The notes beneath the pieces are model-generated. The model did no database searches. It saw only the letters and a program-made list of their open reading frames with translations, and was not told the DNA's origin. A stretch of DNA of 63,387 bases, counting the filler, from Folioceros fuciformis (Eukaryota), in the NCBI GenBank assembly GCA_049999805.1. It is 24 parts of 24 records of this genome, joined end to end, with 100 filler letters (N's around TTAATTAATTAA, not from the genome) between each part and the next. Parts side by side here need not be neighbours in the genome. Positions count along the whole stretch, not along the records: positions 35,279 to 40,012 come from JBNGIO010005019.1; positions 40,113 to 42,295 come from JBNGIO010005020.1; positions 42,396 to 48,165 come from JBNGIO010005021.1; positions 48,266 to 49,900 come from JBNGIO010005022.1; 20 more parts are not named here. One strand, 5' to 3'. This document shows positions 36,586-48,821 of the stretch, piece after piece (position 1 is the stretch's first letter; every line of letters begins with the position of its first letter). Position numbers and translations under genes: made by a program.

Positions 36586-38239
36586 TACTAGGTTTACGGG
36601 GGTCATGTTACACTCCTCTTTTACAGTACATGTTACAACCCACCCACTCTGTAACATGCTGAGGCTCAGTGTCCGTGTGGAAACGAAGCCACCTATGATG
36701 TTATAGTTGTTTTTACGCCTTCTTCACGGGACCATGTTAATTTAATCACATTGGAAGTCAGGAGGGCCCTACATGCGCAGGAGCAACGATGGCTATTATG
36801 ATGTAGGTGGGTGTTTGCCCCCCTTTCAGCCGGGAAAGGAGCCTGAGTCTGGTAGGTTAGCTGCCAGCCATTCTGGTGAGCACCTTGAAGATCGTTGACG
36901 TCAACCTCTCTCTCGTCTACGCCACAATAGAGCTGGAGTGAACATCAACTATCTCTTGAAAAGGTGGTCACCTTCGGCTTGGCTCTCATAGTGGCATGAT
37001 CTCCTATGCTGTCACTCCCAAAACTCATTTTTTAAGGGGAATGGGGTGCCATTCCTGCAAGCCCTCCTTGCCTAGGTCGCTGCACAATGTCCACGCAATT
37101 CTCTTCAAGGCAAAGACTGTAAACGAATGCTACAATTCATGTGCCTCCCATTTTCCTTCTTCGTGGCTTGTAGGAAGGGCATATCAGCGGGGAATGGGGA
37201 CTTGGTGCGGGGACTCAAAATTTAATCCACATTGGTGCCACTACGAATGAGGGGTGGGGTTAGCGTCCAGGGCTGTAGGGTGATGCGGGCAACCATAGTG
37301 TATGGCCATGTTTGAGGATGGTCTTTTCAGAAGGGGTTTGGAGATTTCTCACAATGTGCCGGATGCATGCAAGCATTTGTTCAACAAGTACGACTTGCAA
37401 GATTTTCTGACTCGAAGTGGGCAAGTGGAGGTTCATGGTGTCATGTGGCCATTTCCTTAACCACACCATGGGTTTCCACAACCAGCTTGTTTCCTTCTTG
37501 ATGGTCTAGGAACCTTGCTTCGCATACGTCAACGACCAAAGGTTGTTTCAAGCTTCTAACCTAAAAGAAAAAAACATGTGTGCGGCTTCCCAAAATTCCG
37601 AGCAACACTCCCCCACGGAGGGTTGAGCACGCCTCTAGAATGATGTCCGCAGCCTCCAGCAACTGAAAATGCCCTTCATCACTCACCGCAAAATCTGCAG
37701 AGCCTACAAAGCTTGGAAATCTGCTAGCAAAATAAACAAACAGGTCTTGTGCCTAAAGAAGTTCGCCTCTACAATCCGTTGGGGAAGAAGAGTGAGCAAC
37801 CCACATATTCCAGTTGTCCCTGGTGACATTGACCTCAGCGCCGACCAGTCCAAAGTAGATGGTGCCTTGGCTGCCAAAGGGGCCCCAACTCTCAAACATA
37901 GACATGGGCGCCCCACATCTATATATGGTATTGAGCCTCCTCTTGCAAGGAAACACGTAGAGCCCCTGCAATTTTAGATTCATCATTAGCATTTGTAACA
38001 TCCTTTCCAAACTGCGGGACTTGCTGCTCCACCACCACCTCAAACTTGTGGGCATCCAAAAAGGCAAGGCAATACAGTTTCTCCCTAGATGTCTCCATCA
38101 AAAGCACCTTTATGCTCTTAGGCCATTTCATGCGCAGTGTTTCTATTGCCTTGTGAACATGAATAGCGAGCTCCTTTGCCCGACCTAGCATTCCTAGGCC
38201 TACGCTCTCAATGCATGCAGCCCACACTTTAGGGCCAGG

Positions 38240-38470
38240 TGTGAACCTTCAAAGTTTGGGGTAGTGGTTTGTTTTGGTTGAAAAAGGGTTCATAGTGGTA
38301 TGGTTTGGTTTACTTTTTCTACTTCTTTTCCCTAATTTTCCTTTATTTTCTGGTCATTTCTTCTATTTTCCTTTGTGCTAATTGGTTAATTGACCAGGAA
38401 ATAGTTGGTTTGGTTATTAGAGTGGGCACAGGTTTGGTCCCAGACCTGGGAAAGTTTAGGTCCGATACCG
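38240..38470 (+). repeat. TGTGAACC-family LTR start
   Basis: Near-identical to 42083-42295 and to the reverse complement of 35279-35340. Confidence 0.85.
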
Positions 38471-38475
38471 GGCCA

Positions 38476-38740
38476 TAGGGTTATTAAAGCCCAATGTAAT
38501 TAAACTAATGTGATTAGTCTAAGATTAGTGTCTAATTAAGTATCATTAGTTTAGATTAGCTTAAGCTAATTTTTAGGAAGCTTCCTGCATAGCTTCCTGT
38601 GACCTTCTTGTGAAGCTTCCTTGGGAGCTTTTCAAGAGGGTATAAATACCCTCTTGAGCTCCCTTTGCAAGGGAGATGAGAGAGAGATGTGAGAGACACT
38701 GTGAGACCTCTCTTTCTCCTCTCCTATCCTCTCTTTCTCT
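38476..38740 (+). repeat. Family-A LTR fragment with TATA box
   Basis: Aligns with 17148-17410. TATAAATA at 38641. Confidence 0.88.
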
Positions 38741-38763
38741 TAGCTATCCTGGGCCTTGCTCCT

Positions 38764-39519
38764 CCAACCTTCGGTCCTTGATTCCCTGGACAGCTGGTTC
38801 TCGTTCTGCCTCCTGCTAGCCCGTCTGCTCCAGGGCTGTCCCCCCTTCCTCCTGATCAGCCCCCATGCTCACACTTTGTCCTCTGGTCCTTTTCCTCTTG
38901 GAGGAGTCTTCTTTTGTGGCGCCATCCTCTTCCTGGGCTTGACTGGGGTTTCCTCCTGCGAGCTATTCCCACTGTCAACTTCCCAACTGCTGGAGGCAGC
39001 CCTTGCAGGCTCAGGGGGCTTCCACTTCACATTGCGAACTGGCTTCCATAGGTGCAGCGAGGCCAGCATTTCTAGCTCAGTGACCAGGTTAGCGTAGCTG
39101 TACACATGGATTAGAAACGGGGAAATCATAGAAGGTTCAGGGGTGGGTTGGATCAAGTTCTGCCTCTCCTCATCCATCCGGGCGTACAAAATCCTCCCCC
39201 AGTCGATCCTGGTGCCCTTCACTACTTCATGCACAAACAGGAGCATCTGATCGGACAGATAATCCTGTTTGCGTACCTGGAAGAAGCTCAGGAACCACCT
39301 GGCCAATCCCAACAGCTAGGGACTTGCCATGTCGTGCACCAGCCACCCGTTCGCTTCCTTTCTCGTGCCTGCCTTGAACAGCGTTTCCGCGGCTCCCGTT
39401 CCGCCACGCCTCTTCAGGGACTCTAGCACCAGTCCCCCTTCCTCCTGTTGGTCGCGCCCGTAGACCCTCCTAATCAACTCCAAGTTCCATTCCTGGGGTC
39501 TGCCTCTGATCCCCTTCCT
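38764..39519 (-). pseudogene. Fragment of an unnamed TE-associated ORF family
   Basis: GLARWFLSFFQVRKQDYLSDQMLLFVHEVVKGTRIDWG..SMISPFL..HLWKPVRNVKWK, homologous to 43688-45511. Confidence 0.8.
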
Positions 39520-39540
39520 AGGAGCAAGGCCCAGGATAGC

Positions 39541-40012
39541 TAAGTGTGGCCACTAAAGGTGGAACCCGTCGGCAATTAGTGCCCGGGGTTTTGCCTCCAC
39601 ACCAGGTGAGTCATGTTGGGGCCAGAGCACCCAGTATTGGTCCCTGATTTGACAAGATAGCCTTGCCCACAATAAAATGTGGGTGCATGTCCTCCAATCC
39701 CCCGGCCTCGAACACCTGTAGGGTCCACACACCGTCCCTATCGGAGCTCAAAACAGGGATTTCTATGGAGCCCAATTTGTAAGCCCAAGCATTCACCCTT
39801 TATGCCCCCTCCAAGGGATCGAAGTTGTCGCTCCATTCGAGGTTTGCCATCCCCACGCAAAAATGTTGGCTTCATCGGTGGCGTGGGTAGAAGAAGATCA
39901 TTGACATCGTCATCCCCGACGTACTCTGTGGAGGCAAAACCCCGGGCACTGATTGCCGACAGGTTCCACCTTTAGTGGCCACACTTATCCCACTGTCGTT
40001 GAGACATTGGGT
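39541..40012. repeat. Two back-to-back TGTGG-family termini (39601-39541 minus; 39927-40012 plus)
   Basis: Both match 8167-8233. Confidence 0.85.
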
Positions 40013-40348
40013 NNNNNNNNNNNNNNNNNNNNNNNNNNNNNNNNNNNNNNNNNNNNTTAATTAATTAANNNNNNNNNNNNNNNNNNNNNNNNNNNNNNNN
40101 NNNNNNNNNNNNGATTGGAAGAAGAGAACAGTCTTGAAACAAAAGAGAGACTTTCTTATAAAGAGAGGAGGAAAAGGTTTTCTCCTCGCGATGAGAATGA
40201 GACTTTCTCTTCAGAGTCTGTGGATCGTGATTCCTAGGATAAACATGATGATTCAACAAGCTCTGAGAGTAGGAGATCTTTCCAATCTCCACCATGAAAT
40301 TCAGGCAATGACGACAGCAATGACTGGGGTTGTGACTAGCTTGGTTGG

Positions 40349-42080
40349 CTAGGTCTTAGACATGGCAGTGGGGCTGCCTTCATGGCTCCCCATTCCAAGA
40401 ACTTTCATGTGCTTTTCGTGAAGTTCCCTTCCTAGGGACTTAGTTAAAATGTCTGCTGGGTTTGCAGCTGTTGGCACATACTTCAAATCAATCTGTCTAG
40501 ATTTGATCAAGTCACGTATGAAGTGGTAATTGACTTCCACATGTTTAGTTCTGGAGTGAAATACTAGATTGTGAGCAAGACTCATTTATCCTTGATTGTC
40601 TGTTTTTATTGTGGTGTAGGTTGGAAGTTGTAATCCAAGTTCTTAAACATCAACTTACACCAAGCAATTTCCTTTGCAGCACTTGTAAGTACACGATATT
40701 CAGCCTCTGTACTTGATAAAGCCACAGTAGGCTGTTTTTTACAAGACCAGCAAATTGGTCCTCCTGCTATCATTACTACATAGCTGAAAACTGATTTTCG
40801 TGTATTTATGTCCCCAACATAATCTGAGTCTGTGAAGACATCTAGATGTAAGGGTACTCCAGGTATATTTCTATACCTTATGCCAATGTTATGAGTGCCT
40901 TTTAGGTATCTGAAAACTGTTTTAACACATGTCCAGTGTGTTTGGCCTGGATTTTCCAGATACTATGAAAGCACACTTGTAGCATAAGCCACTTCTGGTC
41001 TTGTAGTATTTGCAGCATAGATAAGTTTTCCTACAGCTTGTCTATAGGGTACTAATCTCATTTGATCCTTTTGTGTTTGTGTTTCAGGACACATTGATTT
41101 GCTCATTTTCAGTCCACAAGGTAAAGGAGTAGCTGATGGTTTGGCATCCTTCAAACCAAGCTGTTCAGTGCCATTTAACAGGTATTGTGGCTGTGTTAAA
41201 GAAATAGTCCTTTTTTGCCTGTCAGGCTGAATCAATATACCAAGGCAACTTTGTAGAGCACCTAGGTGTGTCATCTCAAATTTGGTTGATAACACCTTGT
41301 TTATGTCTTTGATGAAGGTAGGGCTGTTACAGGCCAGTATAAGATGATCTACATATACAGCCAGGTAACATACTATAGCTTTAGATCTGTAAAGGTTTAA
41401 TCTGAGACACATTTAACAAAACCTAGGGATCGCAGTTCTTTATCAAGAACAACATTCCACTCAAGGGTAGATTGTTTCAACCCATACAGGGTTTTAATCA
41501 GGCGTAAGACATAGTCTTCTTTTCCTTTCACCTCATATCCAGGTGGTTATTGCATATATATTTTAGTGTCCAGTTTTCCATGTAAGAAAGCTGTCTTTAC
41601 ATCAAACACATCTAACTCATAATCATAGTGTGCTGCAAGTGCACAGATAGTGCGAAAGGTAGCCAGCTTCATAACAGGATCATATGTTTCTAGATAGTCT
41701 AGACATGGCACTTGAGAGAAACCTTGGGCAACTAGCCGAGCTTTATAGCGATCAAAGGTACCATCTGCTTTAACCTTCAGTTTAAAACCCCACTTGCAAG
41801 ATACAGGCTTGCGTTCAGGGGGTAACTTTGCTAATTCCCATGTTCCATTTGTTATCAATGAATCATATTCAGACTGAATAGCCTTTTTCCATTCTGCAGA
41901 ATTAGGGCTACTCACAGCTTCTTCATAAGATTGAGGCTCTATGGGATCAAGAGCAATAGCTTGTACAAAGGGTATCCTAAAATCTTGAGACTGATAATAG
42001 TTTGGTGTCGTCTTTCTCCTGCAGGATAACAGCGCACAGGGTTAGGTATATCCTCATCATTAGGGTCAAGATCTGGATCT
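40349..42080 (-). mobile_element. Copia RT-RNase H
   Basis: YKARLVAQGFSQ, DVKTAFLHG, LAVYVDH and ADILTKSL. Confidence 0.95.
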
Positions 42081-42082
42081 GG

Positions 42083-42295
42083 TGTGAACCTCCAAAGTTT
42101 GGGGTAGTAGTTTGTTTTGGTTGAAAAAGGGTTAATAGTGGTATGGTTTGGTTTTCTTTATCAACTTATTTTCCCTAATTTTCCTTGATTTTCTGGTCAT
42201 TTTTCCTATTTCTCTTTGTGCTAATTAGGTTAATTGACCAGGAAATAGTTAGCTTGGTTATAAGAGTGGGTATAGGTTTGGTCCCAGACCTGGGA
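42083..42295 (+). repeat. TGTGAACC-family LTR start inserted in a Copia element
   Basis: Matches 38240-38452. Confidence 0.85.
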
Positions 42296-43687
42296 NNNNN
42301 NNNNNNNNNNNNNNNNNNNNNNNNNNNNNNNNNNNNNNNTTAATTAATTAANNNNNNNNNNNNNNNNNNNNNNNNNNNNNNNNNNNNNNNNNNNNGTACT
42401 ATTGCTTATAGAGTTTTTACTTTGAGCTATAATAAACTATTTAATATACGTATATTGTAATTGATCTATGGCTTGGATAGATAAAGTTATCCAAGATCAC
42501 TAAGGATACAAAATACATTATTAATTTTTTTGGAGATGTAGGCTGAGTGGTTTTAAGGGCTAGACCCTAGTAGCTCAATTTGGTGGCAAAAACCTTGGGC
42601 TTGTCCACTAAGATCTTAACCTCCAGCGTCCATACTTATTCCACTATCGTTGAGATGTAAATTTTTGTCCTATGAAGGAGTGCTGGAGCCTCTTGATGAG
42701 CTGGATGAAGGGCCTACCTTTCTACTCTCCCAATCCCTAAGCAAATCCTAGATTGTCATGGCCCGCAAGTCACAGCCATACCACAAATAGACAAGTTGGT
42801 CGGCCTTCCAGCCAACCCACAGACAATTCAGAGACTAACTCCACATCAAGTACCTCTCACAATCAATTCTTACACACTAACAACCTAGGGCACTCCACCA
42901 AACCTCAAAATAACCCACCAAGGTTTATGTTCCTGTAGCTAGATAGAACTCCCAACTTCCACAAAACTCATACGAACTTGGTGATGGATTTTAGGGCTCC
43001 CCTCCAATTCTGATCAAGCATAGGACATAATGTTTGTCTAGCACTCCTTTGTGCTTTCTCTTCAGCAACCACACTCACTCCTACCACTACAATGACACCC
43101 AAAACATAGTTCTCCAACCACCACTCACTTACTCATCAATCTTATTAGTTTGCTAACAACCACTCAACATTGCACCAACAACAACGCAAGCTACTCTCTT
43201 CTCAATCCTACTGACTCCTCTTGTTGTCAAGAGACTCCTAAACACACTAATCACCAAGAAAGAGAGGAAGAAGACACTCCTTCCATGCACACCACTTCCC
43301 ATGACCTCAATAGGTACCACGAGAACATAGCCGACATGCAGCACCTAATACGACAGCAGCAAAACAAGAGTGGACAGGTGAAGGGAGCAAGATGTGACTA
43401 ATTTTATACACAATCAAGAATCTAAGGCCAAGCACTTAATCTTGGCCACCACACTTCAAGATGCTACAAGACACTATGCAAACACACAGCCAGCACCACC
43501 ACTTCTCCTTACCGATAGCAGAGCTCTCGAAGTGGTTGTGGAACCCGGAGCGTCGCGAACGAGTGGAAACCCTAAGTAGGGACCCAAGTGTCCCGGGGTA
43601 TTTTTAAAGTGGAGCGCAACCACGGCGGGAGTGGCGTCGGGGAGCAAACTCGGTGGACAGGGTGCAACATGCAAACGAACGCACTGA

Positions 43688-45511
43688 ATGGAGGAGGAGC
43701 ACGAGTGTGGCAGTTTCCCTGACAGGCCAGAGGGAGAGCGGAGTGCTATGGTACCGGGAGAGATGGCGGCGCCCAGGTGGACTTCCAAACAGAGGGCGAT
43801 GGAGGGGAGGACTACTAACCTTGCGTCGGCGAAGTTGGGCAGGGACGCTGCGCCGAAGCTTTTGCCACAGGTGGAGGTAACGCTTTGGCCCAACATGGAC
43901 CACTGGAAGGCCAGGGCAGGAGGACTGGTGGAGGAGTTAGGACTTGGGTTCATGGCAAAGCAGTGGAACCATGTGACTCCCGCCCCGGTACAAGAGTGTG
44001 CGCACCGGCTGCGGAGCAGGTCGTAAGGAGAACAGACCAGGGGGAGACCCCAGGATTGGTACATAGAACTGGTCAGGGTAGTGTATGGGCAGAGCGAGGA
44101 AGAAGCTGGCGGACTCGTGATTGAGTCCTTGCAGAAGCGCAACACCACAGCGGAGACAGCAGCTCTGTTCAAGTCTGGGATAGGAAGGGAGGCCAATGGC
44201 TGGTTGGCACGGGAGATGGCAACCGCTCAGCTCATGGGCCTAGCCAAGTGGCCCCTGTGTTTTTTGCAGCACAAGAAGCAGGACTACCTGTCAGACCACA
44301 TGTTGTTGTTCCTGCATGAAGTCGTCAAGGGGAGCAGGATTGACTAGGGAAAAATCATTTTCAATCGACTAAATGAGGAGAAGTAGAACTTGACCTCTCC
44401 CACCCCCCGTCCGTCTTTGATTTCACCCTTCCTGGTTCATTTGATTTCTCATGCTAATAGTGTGCCTGAGCTGGAGGTTGTGGCTTCCTTGCATATGTGG
44501 AAGCCTGTTAGGGAAGTCAAGTGGAAGTCGGAAGAGCCCAAGGAGGAGGCAGAGTCTACCAGCTGGGAGTCCGAGGCGACGGGAAGCTCGGAAGAGGAGG
44601 CGTCAGCCAGTAGGAACCGGAAGTTAGGAGTCGGGCAGAAGACCCCCGCGAAGAGGAGGAAAGTGAGCGCGCGTGTCACTAGGTTAGCAGCGAATTTGTC
44701 GCTACAGGAGTTTGGTCGAACAATAGGGGCTAGGCAGCCAGCCACCTCCTTAGCCGAATGCGAGGAATCGACACTAGCTAAGGAGGAAAAATTGGCTGAG
44801 GTGGCAGGGAAATTAGGGCTGACTCCGGGGGAAGAACTCTTTCCAAGGTGGGAAGAGATCTTCAAGGACACCCCCTTAGTGGCGAATTTACAGGCGGAGG
44901 ACTTGGCAAGGGTGCGCACCTTGTTGGGGAGGGGAATCCTAGACAAAGGGATGGCTACTAGAGACGCACCCTGACAAGTGGATTTGCCAGGCCTGACAGC
45001 GGCCAAGGTTCGGGCATAAGTGGATATGCTGGATCAGGCTGCATGGGCACTCACTTGGCTGAGCATGCAGGGACAGAGAGAAGAGGAGGTGCAGGCCAAG
45101 TTGTCTGAAGCGTAAGCAAGGCGGGAGCAATTGGAGGAAGCCCGATAAGCCTTCAATGCAGCAAAGGCGCATGCACAGGAGGAAGTATGCCGAGCTAGGG
45201 AAGAAGTACAGGCAATGAAAGATTAGCAGGAACTGCTCATGACTCAAGTCAAAGAGGTCCACGAAGCCAACCAGGAAATGCAACAGGAGTTGTTGAGAGC
45301 GCAGGAGCAGGAGGCGGCTACAGTGGAGAAGGTCAAGAAGCTTGTGAACCGTTACAAACGAGAACGGGATGAGGCCCGAAGCCGAGTAAAAGGGAAAGGG
45401 AAGGTCAAACGAACCAGCAGGTCCACGACCAAGGTAGCAGAAGCCACTAACGGTCAGAGGGAGACCACGCCGGTAGAGGAAAGCCCCACCAAGGTTGAGG
45501 AACAGCAATAG
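43688..45511 (+). pseudogene. Unnamed ~608-codon TE-associated ORF with coiled-coil-like C-terminus
   Basis: The listed ORFs at 43688, 44081, 44390 and 45239 share one frame, broken by isolated stops. Homologs at 38764-39519 and 48506-48760. Confidence 0.75.
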
Positions 45512-45679
45512 TCGCGAAACCCTCAACCAGGGGAGTTGGAATGACAACCTGCACCAGGAGGACGGGGTTGGGGATAGTTGCAGCCAGAGGAATAGAGGAC
45601 CCCCCAATACCCTTAGAGAGCAGAAGACAGACAGTAGCGAGATAGGTTGCCCTAACTAGCCCGTATCCCGGCGTCATGC

Positions 45680-48165
45680 ATAGTTTAGGTCGTTAAGCGA
45701 ATAGTTACACATATATATTTATTATATAAGTGCACGAACAGGTGCACAGTCGTAACGTTAACAGTCAACCGTCATACCGGTTCACATGACACGGCCTCTT
45801 ATGGCCTTACACCCACATTCACAAGTGGCTATTCTTATTTTCTAAGCTTCCTCTCTACGCTGTGTGCTACCGATCCTACGCTATGGTATCAAAGCCATGC
45901 TATGGAATCTGCAAAGCCTCCATCGCGTGTGTGTAAGACCTGCAAGTCCGAGTGCTGCATTAAAAATCTTGCTCACGAGCATTTTAGAGCAGTGATAACA
46001 TCACTCAGAGCCCCACTCACCCGATTTGGGAGTCTGGCAGACGCATTCTTGGCAGACGCCGTCAATCACTACTACTCATAGTGCAGATGTGCTTTCCGCT
46101 AAGAATTCGTAGTAGCCCTGATGGATCCTTGCACTCAACTCGGTAGGCTGCAGTTTCTTGCACGTCACACGCGTCCTGATCTGTCTTTTGCCCTCCAAAG
46201 CGCAACTCAACACAGTCAGTACAAAGCGCCGCCTACCCAGAATGCATTTAATCCACAGGAGTCCAAAGTCGTAGTCACGGCAGAAAAGAGGTCAGCATAC
46301 AAGGCTGTCTACTTTAGACAAAGAAACTAGAGCAACAGACCAAGGTCAAGCTACACTGATATCCTAGTGTCAAATCACACACTAGGGTACTCGTATAGCC
46401 AACCCGATCCGTCGCACACAGGTTTTTCTGCCCACAATCTTGCACAAGGTATGTCACTCTAAACAATGCCTCGCAATGGCCGCTCTAAGCGCACCTTCAA
46501 TCCACAAAGGCCAGTAGCATCTCCCTTCAACAATATTGCAGACCAGTAGTCGTTCTTTTCAAGCTTACCAGAACAGAGCACGCCTGGTCACACTCACCAC
46601 GTGGGGTCGTCTTGCAATCATAGTGGAAGAAGCGGGTACCAGCTGACTGCGCGCACACCCGGATTGATCACTGGCCAAGTAGAAGTGTTCTCGAAGGTGC
46701 TTCTTGACCGATTTGCAGAGGAGCGCCGTCACGCGCACGCCACATTGTGCGACTTCCGGCGAATGCGCGAAGTCCAAGAAGAACAACTTCGCTGCAAGAT
46801 TGACGACATCAATTATAGGTGCAGACATTTGTCGAAAGACCTGAACACACTCTTCACACAGGTTGCGCACCTGGAGAGAGCGTCAAAGCAACAAGTGTCA
46901 AAGGCAGTACCTGCTGAGCCGGAAAGAGCAACTTTCATCAATCTTCAACAGATCTTGCCAAATTTCTCCTCGAACTTGCCAGAAAGATTACCCGAAGGAA
47001 GAACCAAGGATGATGTCATCTCTGAAGTTGCCGCACTCTTGACGCACATGTCAATCGAGGCAAAATCAAGAAAGATGGTATTCGAGTATGTCGGAACCTT
47101 GGGATCCGAGTCCAGCAGGAACTCCACCTCGCAGGACTCCTGCCAGATCTGAATCGACGCCTCCAAGGACGAGACCTGGATCGGCGCCTGCAAGAGTCAT
47201 ACCTGAATCGATGCCTCCAAGGACGAGACCTGAAACATCGTCTGCAAGGGCAGGATCTGAAGAGTTACCTCAAACGACACTTTCTGGAGAGGCACTTGAA
47301 ACGACACTAGCTGAAGAGACGTGGCTAGTACCTGTCCTCCCTGAGGACCTGTTTGGTGCCCCAGAAGTGGAAGGTTACCTCTTTTCATATCCTCCACAGA
47401 GTCCCTCTTATACAGTAGACACACTAGCCTCAGCAGCGCACACTTCTCAGCAGAACGAACAGGATTCAGTGTCTCCTCCTCCTAGCAGACCAGCGTCGCC
47501 TCATAGGTCTCCCCCTGGCAGCCCTGCATCTAGTAAGTCTTCCTCTAGTAAGTCTACGTCCTCGTCAAGTTCCAAACATAGTTCCTCTTCCTTGTTTCTT
47601 GACCGGTTATTTGACCTCAGTCAAACACAATTTAGCCAGTATACATTCATGGCTAACAATCCTCCTGCAAATGTCACCTACAATACCTTTAAGTATGACT
47701 TTAAAGATAGAGATAGGTTTAATGGCCAGCATTTCGATATTTGGATGATTAGAGTACGAACCATTCTTCAAGAGCAGGAACTCTGGGGCTATGTCACAGG
47801 CGCAACTGCAAGGCCTGCAACACCTGCAACAGGTGCAACGAATCAAAGCACACAAGACCAGCATGAATGGAAATTAAAGGACCTTCGTGCCCAAAATTTA
47901 GTTCAGTCAGCACTGGACTTAAGCATGATGTCTCATGCTCGAGAGGCTTCGAGTTCCAAGGCCATTTGGGACTCCCTCTGCCAAGTCCACCAAAAGAAGA
48001 GCGTGACATCACTGGTTCATTCCACACGCGACTTCTATAACCTGAGAATGCAAGATGGTGATACAGTTGAGAATCATGTCAGTCGATTTCGGATGCTTCG
48101 CACCAAACTCATTACTGTTGGCACAACTGTAGACGAACTCCAAGCTGCTGTGGCTCTCCTCATGT
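45680..48165 (+). mobile_element. Copia 5' end: LTR, PBS, 1.75-kb leader with ORFs, and gag
   Basis: PBS TGGTATCAAAGC at 45884. ORF 46601-47152. gag MANNPPANVTYNTFKYDFKDRDRF from 47649, open upstream to 47088. Confidence 0.88.
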
Positions 48166-48505
48166 NNNNNNNNNNNNNNNNNNNNNNNNNNNNNNNNNNN
48201 NNNNNNNNNTTAATTAATTAANNNNNNNNNNNNNNNNNNNNNNNNNNNNNNNNNNNNNNNNNNNNTATGCAGGAGTTTTGCAAGAAAGGATGTCTAGCTG
48301 GAAAGGCATCTTTGCATGTACAGAAACCCCCTTCCCCCTTGGGACCGTCGGGTGGTGGGACTTTGTTGTTTTTTTGTTGCTTTGATCAAAAGAGTGATCA
48401 ACTACTACTTGGGCGAGGCCTTTTATAAAGCAGCGTCCTTGGGACTGGAGCCTGGAACTTTTTTCTGGAGGTGTACGGCCGTGAAGAAGCGGAAGAGGAG
48501 GAATA

Positions 48506-48760
48506 GTGATCGACCTTCAGAGGAAGAAGACCTTGAAAACTGCCGTAACCGCACTCATGAAGCGTAGAGAGGTGAGCACTAATAATGGGTGGGTAGTTCG
48601 GCAGCTAGCTTCATCTCAACTCGTGGGGCTGGCCAAATGGATCTTATGCCTCCTGCAGAGCAAGGCCAACCATTTTCTGGTCTTTCTCCATTACGTGGTC
48701 AGTGGTGCATAGGTGACATCGAAGTGAGTTATTTTTTAGCGTGCCTATGAGGAAAGGGCC
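48506..48760 (+). pseudogene. Third fragment of the unnamed TE-associated ORF family
   Basis: NGWVVRQLASSQLVGLAKWILCLLQ resembles NGWLAREMATAQLMGLAKWPLCFLQ. Confidence 0.7.
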
Positions 48761-48821
48761 TATTAGCTTGCCTATGAGGAAAGGGCCTATTAGCATGCCT
48801 ATGAGGAAAGGGCCTATTAGC
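48739..48821. repeat. Tandem repeat, 3 x 27 bp
   Basis: GCNTGCCTATGAGGAAAGGGCCTATTA three times at a TE-TE junction. Confidence 0.95.
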
